DNA of 64,000 nucleotides from the human T2T-CHM13v2.0 reference genome, Homo sapiens. Numbering within the stretch: the stretch's first letter is position 1; each line of letters starts with the position of its first letter. The position numbers and the translations under genes were made by a program. The notes below the pieces were generated by a model. It was not told the DNA's origin and made no database searches. It saw only the letters and a program-made list of their open reading frames with translations. Positions 28,074 through 42,479 of the stretch are shown here, piece by piece. Where the stretch lies: assembly GCF_009914755.1 (NCBI RefSeq), contig NC_060934.1; one strand, given 5' to 3'.

Positions 28074-28571
28074 GTAAGTCTGGGTAGTACATTTGATTTA
28101 TTAGAGAATTAGCGAATTGTTCTAGAATAAGATTATCTGATGTCAATATTGCTTACCTGTTGTTGGCTTCTTATTTTTACAGGATTACAGGTCATTCTCC
28201 CAGATATTGTAGTGGGCGCTTCATGCATCCTAAGCAGTAACATGTTCTGAGTTTAGTTAGACCATGTACATGGCCCACAGAGGACAGGTTCAGCTTTCAG
28301 TGTGGACAGTAGTGTGCATCTTTATTTTGAAACATCACACATAAGTTTTTATACATCAGATGTATTTTGTGTCTTATCACTAGGATATATGTAGCATCCC
28401 TGAGTTAACATTTATAGTTTCTGCTATTTGTAAGCATAGAGAAATCTGTGATACCTGTATATGTTCTTCCTGCAGCTTACCATTTTGTAGTCACACTGGA
28501 ATTCATTCAGTACTCAAACTCACCACAGCTTACCCTCCTCTTAGACCTCTTCTCTTTCTCTCTCTCTCTCT

Positions 28572-28852
28572 TTAAGATATGGTCTTTCTCTGCAGCCCAG
28601 GCTGGAGTGTAGTGGCACAAGTGTATGGCTCAATGCAGCCACGACCTCCTGGGCTCAAGGGATCCTCCCACCTCAGCCTCCAGAGTAGCTGGGACTATAG
28701 GCACGAGCCACCAGGCCTGGCTAATTTTTGCATTTTTTGTAGAGATAATGTTTCACCATGTTGAGCTAGTTTCGAACTCTGGGTTCGAATGATCTTCCTG
28801 CCTTGGAACTTCCCAGAGTGCTGGGATTACAGGAGTGAGCCATCGCGCCAGC
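28572..28852 (-). mobile_element. AluJ with (CT)n tail
   Basis: Antisense Alu. Confidence 0.85.
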
Positions 28853-29118
28853 CCCTTTCTCTCTATTCTCTTCTGGAATGTTCTGATTTTCCAAAGGCTG
28901 CTTTCTTTTTGTCAATTCAGTTTGGCTTAGATGTCACTTCTCACAGAGGCCCAATTGCTATCATACTGTCTATTGTAATTCGCCAGATAACACTTAATGT
29001 ACTTTATGAGATTTTATTTAACCATTTTTTTATGGTGAAATTTAATACAGATATATAAAACCACGTAAAAACAATTGTTCAGCCTAATGGGTTGCCAGAA
29101 GGTGAATATCCCTGTACT

Positions 29119-29254
29119 CAGCACTCAGGCTGGGAAATCAAGCTTTGCTGCTCAATTGTGACACCAGCCACAGTCCCCTTCCTCCCTGTAGAAGGAGGTG
29201 TAGTCCAGCCTCTTAAGGTGATGCTTTCCTTTTCTTCCTGGTTTCCTCCTCCAT
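29119..29254 (+). repeat. Dispersed direct repeat, copy B (partner 15369-15504)
   Basis: Ungapped alignment with 8 mismatches. Confidence 0.95.
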
Positions 29255-29960
29255 GCTTCCATAAGCATCATAGTTTACTTTTACTTGGTCTTCATTACTG
29301 TTTTTCAGTCTATCTTTTAACATTTTTAGTCAACAGTCTTTCCTTCCCATTTCTTTCTTTGGTTACATTTTATTTAATAAACCAAGTCTTTGGTCTGTAG
29401 AGTTTCTTGTATTCTGGATTTTGTGGATTGCTTTGCATCCCTCTGGAGTTTCCCAGGCCCTCCTGTATTTCCTGTGAATGGGTATGGAGCAATACCAATA
29501 GAACTTCTGTAATGAAAGGAATGTATATCTGAGCTGTGGGTTGTGGCTACTTGTGGCTACTGAGCTCTTTAAATGTGGCTAATGAGACTGGAGAACTAAA
29601 TTTTAAATGTTATTTAATCTTAATTAAGATTAATTTAAATAGTCACATATTTCTAGTTACCCTGTAGACAAAACATCTAGCAGTTGGATGGGATTTAAAT
29701 TTGATTTTTATTTTTCGGCGAAACTGCTTCCCAGGTGATGGTGTTTTCTCATTAGGAGGCGCATAAAGACTGGTTGTGTCCTTTTAATGCTGTTAGATGT
29801 TATCAGTTGTTGGTGCTCAATGCCTAGAACCATACCAATTTCTTAAGAATGTAGAGTGGTGATGTTCCATTCAATCATTTCTCTTTATGTATTAGCTGTA
29901 ACACTTCTTTAAAGAGAAACTTTTCCTCTTCTATTCGGTTATCCACTGCCATATATATAG

Positions 29961-30275
<315 letters not shown>

Positions 30276-31584
30276 ATGCTTGATTTTTTAATCAGTTTGT
30301 GGAGTGATTCTCCAAAGGATACTTGTTTGTAAGTTTCACTGTGATGTCATGGATATAAATGTAGTTGATGTGCCTTGTGCTCCTGCACCTGTTATCCCTT
30401 ATTGAAGCTCCTCTTTATCCCACCTGTGGCCTGTAAGAGTCTGTGCACACCAGCTCCTGAGTCCTTATGTTACAATCATAGTCATTCTTTATCAATTCTT
30501 GCTCTATGATATGAGAGAGCGCTTGGAATCACCCATAAGAAATCCTGATTTCTTTTAGTAGGAAATGGTATTTCAACGTGACAGCCTAGGCATAGGAATG
30601 CTACTGCCATGAGTTGGTCATTACTTCTAGGCCTTCTCAGTGACCTGAACCAGGAGAGCTCATATAGATATTTCCAGTTCACATACAGGACTACATCTTA
30701 CTCATTCTTCCACTGGAGAATTATTCCTTGGTTGAATCAGCAGATGATGAAATTAGAGAATCACATAATTACTCATTTGCTTTATCCCATATTACACACA
30801 AAATAGTGTCAGAATAATATGACTACTGAAAACAGTTAAAGATTTTTTTCCCTTATATACTGTCTCATTTCTCTTTTCAAAAGTGACTGTGCCATTTTAC
30901 TTACCCACTGGCACTGTAGGTGGGTTCCAGTTTCACCAGTTCTTCACCAGCACTTGCTATTATCTGTCTTTGTGATTATAGCCATCCTAGAGGGGGTGAA
31001 GTTGTATCTCATTGTAGCATTGACTTGCATTCCCTGATAGATAATGATGTTGAACATCTTTTCATGTGCTTATTGGCTATTTGTACATATTCTTCATATT
31101 GTTTGCCCATTTCAAAAATTGGATTACTTAGTTGTATGCGTTGTTTATATATTCTGGATATAAGTCCCTTATCAGGTACATAATTTGCAGATATCTTCTC
31201 CCATGTTATAGGAATTCAGTTTTCAAACAGGTTTAGATTAACAAATAGCAAGACCAACTTTGTAAACTACTGTCTCATTGCATTGCCTTAGAAACCTTAA
31301 TAAAATTGAAAATCAGTTGAATTAGTAATTATCTGTTTGTTTACTTATGAGGTCAGTAGAGTAGTAGTATTTAATACTTTCCCTGTCTGCTGCTTAATGT
31401 GTTTTATCTCTGTGGTTATACTGTCTCCATCAAAGGTAAAGTTATTTTCTGGGCTCATTTGGAATGAGAATATCCATGAAAGTGGGAAATATTTAAAGGC
31501 AAGTTGTCACCTACTGCCATTTCTTAGAGTTGTTTTGCTGAGTGATTGGAACACCTCACCTAAGTGCTGACTTTTCTGCGTAAG

Positions 31585-31666
31585 GTTATGAACAGTATCA
31601 GAGATTGCTTCGTGACTGGAAAGTGGGAAGATGATAAAGATGCAGCCAAGGTCTTAGCAGAAGATG
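31585..31666 (+). CDS. BMS1: BMS1 exon 13
   Basis: cgtaag|GTTATG...GATG|gtaagt; VMNSIRDCFVTGKWEDDKDAAKVLAED. Confidence 0.95.
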
Positions 31667-34600
31667 GTAAGTAAAGAGCTGGGTTCTTCAGGAAGACTGG
31701 CTTCTCTAAACTTTATTTTCTTCAGTATCTTAGACAATAGTCAAATTGAAAATAATAGTCACTTGTCAAATGCTTTGGGAATTCAGACAGGAGTAATGAA
31801 CCAGGTAATATTCTGGGTTTTCCTTTTATGATGATCTTATTTTCTCAGTTGGCTGATTTACTGCGTATGGACTTTAAAAGTGAGAAACTTTCCATAAATT
31901 TTAATCATGTGTTTGTTAAAAATAGATTTTGTGTGATGTGAAAAATATATACAAATAACATTTATATTTTTTTCATAATAAAGGTAGTATGCATTGTGGA
32001 AAATTTCGAATGAAAAGTACATAACATACCAGAATTCTACCAACCCATAAAAAAACCTTTGTTAGCTTCTTCAACTGTTTCCTTCTAGTCATTTAAAAAT
32101 TGTGTGTTTAAACCTTTTTAGTTGTACTTTATATAATTTTTGGCAGGAGGATTGCTTAAGTGATGTACTTTTTATAAATTTTGTCATTAAATTTTTTCAA
32201 ATATTTCATTTTTATTATTTAAAATTAAAAAATATTTTATTTAAAATAAATAAAATATTATTTATTATTATCATACCATTATTGAAGTCACAATTTTTTC
32301 AATATCTAAGTAGTTTTATACTTTGTTCATTTTATAAAGAACTCCACACTGAACAACTTTGAAATAATTCTTGGCTCACACTTTTTTATTTTCATAAGAC
32401 AGATTCATAAGTGTTAGAATTGAGTCATTTTTATGGATTGCAACTGCCACATGGTTTTTTGGAAGGTCATTCTTTTTGTTTTGTCTTGAGACAGGATGTC
32501 GCTCTGTTACCCAGACTGGAGTGCTATGGTGTGGTCATGGCCCACTGCAGCCTCAACCTCGCAGACTGAAGCCTCCCGAGTAGCTAGGACCACAGGCTTG
32601 CATCACTACACCCAGCTAATTTTAAAATTTTTTTGTACAGACAGTCTTTTTATGTTTCCCAGGCTGGTCTCAAACTCCTAGGCTTAAGAGATACTCCTGC
32701 CTCAGCCTCCTGAGTAGCTTGAACCACAAATGTATACCACCATGCCTGGCTAATTTTTAAATATTTTGTACAGATGGGGGTCTTGCCATGTTGCCTAGCT
32801 GGCCTTGAATTCCTGGGCTTAAGCAATCTTCCCGCCTTAGCCTTCCAAAGTGCTGGGATTACAGGCATGAGCCACTGTGCCTAGTCTGTAGTATGTGAAT
32901 GTATTCTTTATATATATATAATTTTTTTTTCTGGGCCTTCTAGTTAATATCACTGATCTCTGTTGGTTCATTTATTATTACTATAATTTAGTACTCTATG
33001 CAGCTTTATCACGTTACTAAGATACCAGTTATTAAAACCGTGTCTCAACAGTTTCCCTTTTTGTTCTGCTGGGGGGCTTCTTTTAGGATTCTCCTGACTA
33101 TTCTCACCTTCTCACTTGCTTATTGTTTTTTCCATAGGAACTTAAGAATCGGCTTTTCTGTTTTCAAAAGAAAGTGTGGTGGGTTTCTTTTTTAATCACT
33201 TCAGTGAGGTATAATTGATGGTAAACTACAGTATTTAAAGTATACAATTTGATAAGCTTTGATATGTGAATATACCATCACCACAATCAAAATAATGAAC
33301 ACATTTGTCACCCCCACAGTTTTCTTACACCACTTTGTAACTCTCCATCTTGTCCTCTTCCATCACCAGGTACATTCAGCTGCCTTGTGTCACTATTCAG
33401 TAGGTTGTGCCCTTTAGAATTTAATTGAAATGGGATCCTACAATATGTACTCTTTTCTGTCTAACTTCTTTTACTCAGCATGATTATTTCAAGATTCATC
33501 CATGCTGTTGCATCTTCATTTCTTTTTGTTGGCTAGTGGGTAGTCCATTGTATGATGTATAGCAATTTATTTATCTGTTAACCTGTTGATAAACAATTAT
33601 TTCCAGGTTTTGGCTATTATGAGTAAAGCTGCTATGAATGTTTTTTAGAAGTCTTTATGTGAACCACCGCTTTTATTTCTTTTGGGTAAATAAGTAGTTC
33701 AGAATGGACTAAATGGGTCATATGATAGGTACACATTTAATTTTTTAAGAAATTACCCAACTGTTTTCCAAAGTGTTTATACCATTTTCCATTGCCACCA
33801 TAACTTTATGCAACTTCCGGTTGCTTCACTCTACATCTTTCCCAGTACCTGATAGTATCAGTCTTTTTAAATTGTAGGCCTTCTTTTAGGCATAGAGTGG
33901 TATCTTGTAGTTTTAGTGACTAATGGTATCGAACATTTTTTCATGTGCTTATTTGCCGTCTGTGTCTTCTTTGATGAAATATCTGTCCAAATCTTTTGTA
34001 CATTATTTTAATTTTGTTGAATTCTAAGAAATTTTGTGTATTTTTGATACAAATTCTGTATCACATGTGTTATCCAATTATTTTTGCCTAGCGTGTGCCT
34101 TGTCTTTTCTATTTTTAATAGTGTTTTTCACAGAGCAAAGTATTTAGTTCTGGTGTAGGTCAATTTATCAAAAAAAAATTTTTTTTTTTTTGGGATGGAG
34201 TCTTGCTCTGTCTCCCAGAGTGCGATGTGATCTCGGCTCACTGCAACCCCTGCCCCCTGGGTTCAAGCCATTCTCCTGCCTCAGCCTCCTGAGTAACTGG
34301 GATTACAGGCGCCCGCCACCACGCCTGCCTAATTTTTGTGTTTTTAGTAGAGATGGGGTTTCGCCATGTTGGTCAGGCTGGTCTTGAACTCCTGACCTCA
34401 GGTGATCCATCCGCCTCAGCCTCCCAAAGTGCTGGGATTACAGGCATGAGCCACTGTGCCCTGCCCAAAATTTTCTCTTATGGACTGTGCTTTTCATAGT
34501 GCATGTAAGAAATCTTTGCCTCACCCAATGTCACAAATTGTCTCATATATTCTGTAAGTCTTACAGTTTCAGGTTTTACGTTTAGGTCTATAATTCTTTT

Positions 34601-35902
34601 TGAGTTAATTTTTTATAGAGTGTTGGGTATGGATTTAGGTTCCTTTTGACATATTGATATCTACTTTTCCCTGCACCATCTGCTGAAAATCTATTTTTTT
34701 CCCCGTTGAATTGCCCTGTATTGGTTGGCCATATATGGGTGAATATTTCTGGGCTCTCTGTTCTGTTCCATTGATATATTTGTTTATTTTTGTACCAATA
34801 CCAACACTGTCTCTGTTACTTACAGCTTTATAATTAGTCTTGGAATTAAGTAGTTTTTAACTTTAGGTAGTTTTTCAAACTTTAGTCTCCTTTTCAAAGT
34901 TGTTTTGGTTAATCTAGGTTCTTTGCATTTTCATATAAATTTTAAGATGAGCATGTCAATTGCTATAAAAAAGCCCACTGCAATTTTGATTGGGATTTCA
35001 TGGAACTTGTAAACAATTTGGGAAAATTGCCATCTTAACCACATTGAGTTTTCTGATCTATGAACATAGTAACTCTCCATTTATCTTGTTCTTTAATTTC
35101 TCTCAGCAAGGTTTTCAGGATACAGGTCTTATACAACTCTCAACAGTTTATTTTCATATCAACTTGTATTTATGTATGGCTAATATATAAGAAATGCAGT
35201 TGATTTTTTTTTTAATTGATCTTATATCCTGCAATCTTGCTAAATTACTTGTTAGTTCTGTTTTTGAGACAGAGTCTCGCTCTGTCACCCAGGCTGGAGT
35301 GCAGTGGCTTGATCTCAGCTCACTGCAGCCTCTGCCTTCCAGGTTCAAGCAATTCTCATGCCCCAGCCTCGTGAGTAGCTGAGATTACAGGCAGCCATTA
35401 TCACGCCTGGCTAGTTTTTTTATTTTTAGTAGAAATGGGGTTTCACCAGGTTGGCCAGGCTAGTCTCAAACTCCTGACCTCAAGTGTGTGTTTGGAGGGG
35501 AGGGGTAAACTTTGACTAAACAGTATTCATGGTTTTCTAAGTAAATACTTCTTACTATCCCAAGGATTCTTTTTCTTTTATGCTGCTTTTTCTCCTGTTC
35601 TGCACAATAAAGCCTGGGCTTCCAATTCTGCTTTGACCTTTCACCTTGGTCCAATCTCATATGGTTCCCCCAGTTTCTGTGCAGGATGGTTCTGGGAGCC
35701 AAGCAGGAAACTATCTACAGAAAGGCTGAGATAGATCCCAGTGGTTTTACTTTCTTTCTTTCCTATCTGGATGACTTAATTTTTCTTGCCTTACTGCCCT
35801 GGTTTAAACTTCCAGGACAGTGTGGATTAGAAGTCAAAGTAAACAACCTTGCTTTGTCCTGATTTTGCTTATTTTCCAAGTGAACTTAAGAATCACCTTT
35901 CT

Positions 35903-36257
<355 letters not shown>

Positions 36258-37607
36258 TTAAACTTTTAAGTTTGAGGTAATTGTAGATTGACATGCACGT
36301 GTAAGAACAAATACAGAGAAAAAAAAAGAACGAATACAGAGAGATCTCCTGTATCTTGTACTATAGCAGTATCTGTGTATATATGTACTATGTATACTAT
36401 GTGTACTGTAATACAAGGTCACAGCCTGGATGCCAACATTGATACAATCTGTTGATCCTATGTAGATTTCTCCAGTTTCACTTATGTGTGTGTGTGTGTG
36501 TTTTACGTGTGTGTGTGTCTATACTTCTGTGCTCTTTTATCACATGTGTAGGTTTGTGTGTCTACCAACAGTTAAGATACGGAGCAGTTCCATCACAAGG
36601 ATTGCTTGTATTGCTGTTTTATAAACACACCCACGTCCCTGCTGTTCCCCAGCCCCCAGTTCCTTCCCTTGTGAACCATAATGTGTTTTCTGTTTCTACA
36701 ATTTTGTCATCTTCAAGAATGTTAAATAAACAGAATCATACAGTCTATAAACTTTTGTGAGGGGCTTTTTTCACTCAGCATAATTTCCTGGAGATCCATT
36801 CAAGTTGGTGCATATACCATAGGTCATTCCTTTTTATTGCTGAGTAGTGCTCCATTGTATGGATGTACCGGTTTGTTTAACCATTCATCCAAGATCAAGC
36901 TGGGTTGTTTACAGTTTGTTTTGTTTTGTTTTGTTTTCAGACAGGGTCTTGCTCTGATGCCCAGTCTGGGGTGCAGTGGTGTGATATTGGCTCACTGCAG
37001 CCTCGACCTCCTAGGCTCAAGTGATCTTCCCACATCAGCACCCCCAAGGAGCTGGGACTACAGGCATGCACCACCGTGCCTGGCTAATATTTTTTTATTT
37101 GTTTGTTTGTTTGTTTTGTAGAGACAGGATCTTGCTGTGTTGCTCAGGCTGATCTTGAACTCCTGGCCTGTTTTCAATTTTTGACTATTAGAATTGAGCT
37201 ACTATGAACACTTGTATAGAAGTTTTTGTGTAAATATGCACTTCCCATTTTTCTGGGAAATAAATGCCCAATAATGCAATTGCTGGGTCATATGGTAATT
37301 GCACAGTTTCATAGGAGACTGCCAGAGTAGTTGGGCCATTTGATGTTTCTACTAGCAATTATGTGAGTGATCCAGTTTCTTTACATCCTTGACAATGTGT
37401 GGTGTTCTCACTGTTGTTTATTCTAGCTATTCTAATAGGTATGTGATATTTCATTGTGGTTTTAAGATATACTTCCCCAGTGGCTAATAATGGTGAGCAT
37501 TTTTTCATGTGTTTATTTGCATTTTTATATCTTCTATACAGATAAAAAATGTCTGGGGATGTCTTTTTTTTGCACTTTTAAAAATTGGGTTGGGTTGGGT
37601 ACTGTGA

Positions 37608-37984
<377 letters not shown>

Positions 37985-39238
37985 TGATCCGCCTTACTTG
38001 GCCTCCCAAAGTGCTGGGATTACAGGCGTGAGCCACCGTGTCGGGCCAAAAGTTTTTATTTTTGATGAAATCCGATTTACCAGTTTTTTATAGTATTTTT
38101 TGTTTTCTCTTTACACCCATGATCTATTTTGATTTTTTCATTTTATGAGATATGAGGCTTAGCTCAAGGTTTATATTTTCGCCTGCAATTGTATAATTTT
38201 TCTAGCACCACTTATTTTATTGAATTGCTTTTGACTTTTGTAAAACATTAGTTGAGCATCTTTCTGTGAATCTGTTTCTGGGTTCTCTTGTGTTCTATTG
38301 ACTTCACATGTCAATCCCTTGGCCAGTACCACCCTTGCTGTCTACGTTCCTGTAGCTTTATAGTGAGTGTTAATGTTGAGTAGAGTGACTCCTCTTACTT
38401 TATTCTTGTTTTTCAAGATTGGTTAAGCTATCCCAAGGCTTGTGACTTTCCCTATAAATTTTAGAATAAACTTGTTTATGTCTACAACAACTTACCTGGG
38501 ATTTTGGTAGGGATTGCATTAAACCTATAGATCAGTTTGGGGGGATAATCTTTTTCTATTTTGAGTATTAAAATAGATGAACACAGTATATTTATTTATT
38601 TTAGTTTTTATTTCTTTCATCAGTATTATGATTTTCAGCATACCAGTTGGGAATATGTTTTGATAAGTTTAGACCTAAGTATTTGATTTTGATTGATTTT
38701 CATTTGTTTCTCTTTTGTCCTGCTAAACTCACTTATTAGTTGTAGGAGGGTTTTGTTTTGTTTTGTCTTTGTAGATTGCCTGGGATTGTCTACACAGACA
38801 GTTGTGTAGAAAACATAGAGACAGTGTTATTTCTTTCTTTTCAACCTGTATGGCTTTTCCTTCTTTTTTTTTTAATTAAATTTTTTAGGGGTAGTGATGG
38901 GGTCTCACTATGTTGCTCAGGCTGGTCTCAAACTCCTGAATGCCAGTGATCTGCCTGCCTCAGCCTCCCAGAGTGCTGGGATTATAGGCGTGAGCGACCA
39001 TGCCTGGCCTTCTTTCTGTTTTAAAATTTTCTGCCTTAATTCAGTGACTAGACTTTTAGTACAATGTGGAGTAAGAGTGCTGAGAGTGGACTTCCTATGT
39101 TGTTCCCAATCTTGTCACTGTTATTTATTTACTAACATGATTGGATGTTGAATTTTGTCTAATGCCTTTTGGTGTCAGTTGATATGATCATCTGGATATG
39201 GGTTTCATTCTTTACTCTTTTGATATAGATTACACTGA

Positions 39239-39424
<186 letters not shown>

Positions 39425-39673
39425 TAGAGCCAGGTCTTACTGTGTTGCCCAGGCTGGTCTTGGCTTCAAGGGAACTCTTGGCTTCAAGGGATCCTCCCAC
39501 TTCAGCCTCCCAAGCGTTAGGTTTACAGGCAGGAGCCACCGCACCTGGCCTGATTCATTTTTTGAATGTTGAAGCAGACTTGCATACCTGGAATAACTCT
39601 CACTTGATCATGAATGAAAATGAAAATACAACATATGGAAATGTGTGTTTTTTGTTTTGTTTTTTCCTTTCAT

Positions 39674-39776
39674 GTCAGATGGTTAATGTGCTAATGTTGT
39701 AACAAGGGTCAAGGGTGGCATATCCCACATACATGCATGAATACCCAGTCATCACACTTATGAACTACGAAAAGAT
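39674..39776 (-). pseudogene. U13 (SNORD13) snoRNA retrocopy
   Basis: Reverse complement ATCTTTTCGTAGTTCATAAGTGTGATGACTGGGTATTCA...GCCACCCTTGACCCTTGTTAC...CATCTGAC matches U13 as recalled (~80%); boxes C and D present; A-rich tail; degenerate 14-bp TSD. Confidence 0.85.
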
Positions 39777-40902
39777 CACCATGTGAAAATTTTTATACAA
39801 ATCTTTTTATGTGTTGTTGGATTCCATTTATAGTACTTTGTTGAGGACTTTTTGCATTCATGAGAGATACTGGTCTGTGAGTTTTTTTGTTTTGTTTTGT
39901 TTTTTCTTTTTGTGGTGGTACTGTCTTCATCTGGTTTTGGCATTGGGATAATACTAGCCTCATAAAATGAGTTGCAAAGTGTCCCCTATTCTGTTTTCTG
40001 GAAGAGTTTGTATAGAATTGGGATGAATTCTTTAAATATTTGGTGTAATTCTCCAGTGAAATCATCTGGGCCTGGAGATTTCTTATTCCAGAAGCTCTTA
40101 ATTACAAATTTTATTTCTTTAATGGTTATAGGACGATTCAGATTATCTATTTCATCTTGCCTGAATTTTGGTAGTTTATGATTTTCAAGGTGTTTCAAGT
40201 CTTGTTAGGGAAGTGGAAGTTGCACTGAGTGCCTTCTTGAAGAGACCAGCTTGGGTAGTCTGAGGGTGATGTTTAGAGTATTTGCTTAATACTCTTTAAC
40301 GGCTGCAGGAGCCTTTTTGATAACCCCTGTTTTATTCGTGATGTTGTTGGTTTGTGTCTTCTCTGTTTTTATCTTTGTCGTAAAATTTATTAATTTTGTT
40401 GATTCTATTCAAATGACCAGCTTTTTGTTTCATTGATTTTCTCTGTTTTTCTGCTTTCAATGTTATTGATTTCTGCCCTTTATTTATTATTATTATTTTT
40501 TTTTTGAGACTGAGTTTCACTCTTCTTGCCCAGGCTGGAGTGCAGTGGCACGTTCTTGGCTCCCCGCAACCTCCACCTCCGGGTTCAAGTGATTCTCCTG
40601 CCTCAGCTTCCCAAGTAGCTGGGATTACAGGCATGCACCCCCACGCACAGCTAATTTTTTGTATTTTTAGTAGAGACAGGGTTTCTCCCTGTTGGTCAGG
40701 CTGTTCTCAAGCTCCCAACCTCAGTTGATCCACCTGCCTTGGCCTCCCAAAGTGCTGGGAATACAGGCATGAGCCACCACATCCGGCCAATTTCTGCCCC
40801 TTATTATTTCTATTCTTCTGCTTGTTTGGGGTTTATTTTGTTCTTTTTGAAATTTCTTAGGTTATTGGTTTATCTTTTCTCATTTCTAATGTGAGCATTT
40901 AG

Positions 40903-41269
<367 letters not shown>

Positions 41270-41969
41270 TCACGTGTTGTATTTTCATTCATATTTCCTT
41301 TGGGACTTCTTTTTGGCCCATGCATTATTTATAAATATGTTGTTTTAATTATCAAGTATTTAGAGAGTTTCCTGTTTTTCTGTTATAGATTTCTAGCTTG
41401 ATTATATTATGTTCTGAGAACATATTCTTATGAGTTGAATTATTTTAGATTTGCTGTGATTTCTTTTATTGCCCCAAATGTACTTCATCTTGGTAGATTT
41501 CTATTGACTTTAAAAATGTGTGTATTTTGCTGTTGGAGAGTAGGGTGTTATACGGATGTCAGATTTTGCTGGCTCACTGTTCAGATCTTTTGTAAATCCT
41601 TGCTCCTTTTCTGCCTAGTTTCACTCTGTCACTTACGCTAGAGTGCGGTGGCATGAACATGACTCACTGCAGCCTTGACCTCCTAGGCTCAAGCAGTTAT
41701 CCTGGCTTAACCTCCTGAATAGCTGGTACTATAGGTGTGTGCCGCCACACTTGGCTAAATTCAAAATTTTTTGGAGAGACAAAGCCTTGCTATGTTGCCC
41801 AGGCTGGAACTCCTGGCCTCAAGCTATCCTTTGTCTTTGCCTCCCAGAGTGCTGGGATTACAGGCATGAGCCACTGTGCCCGGCCTCCGCCTAGTTTTAA
41901 CAGTTGCTGAGAGGAGGGTGTTGAAGTAGATGTCTTCTTGGTGGGTTAATCCTTTTGTCATTAAGCAGA

Positions 41970-42479
41970 TGTTACGGTCACTTCCTTTTCACCCCATTGG
42001 TGAAGGAGGGGTCCCTGCCCTAAAGTGTAGGAGATGGCTGAACACGACACCTGGCGTGGATGGATGAGACTGACAGCAGTGTTTTAGTCACATATACCCA
42101 CAGCTCAGAGGAGGACACTGCATGCCACGCAGGGTCAGATGGGCACCATACTCTGTAGTGGAGTGAGGGCTGGGGGCTGAGGAAGGAGGCAGGCTTGGTA
42201 GTAACAAGAGCACACAATGACCAATGGTTCCTGAGGGGGAATGCAATTGGCTTGTTTGAATAAATTCATGGGCTGGCAGACAGGTGAAGTGAAACTTCTT
42301 AGGCTGAGGTGCAACCGTTCTGGCTGATAAAAGAACTAGCCAGGTGGGGAGCCTTTGCTGCTGGGTGGCGGGGTAGGGGGTGTCTGGTAGAAACAGGAAA
42401 ACCCACGGCTAGGCCTTTGGGGCCCTGTGAGGCTCAAAGATGTCCAGGCAGCATAGGAAATTTTAGATCTTAAAATTCA
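41970..42479. mobile_element. LTR-like insertion (probably ERVL class) within L1
   Basis: GC-richer ~500-bp block with TG...CA ends interrupting a continuous antisense L1; family unassigned. Confidence 0.45.

Noticed and set aside
32472-32885. Three-arm Alu, and an internally deleted Alu at 45005-45148
   Set aside because: Common products of Alu nesting or inter-arm recombination
39793-40198. Reverse-transcriptase-like minus-strand ORFs
   Set aside because: Frameshifted, decayed L1 ORF2 remnants
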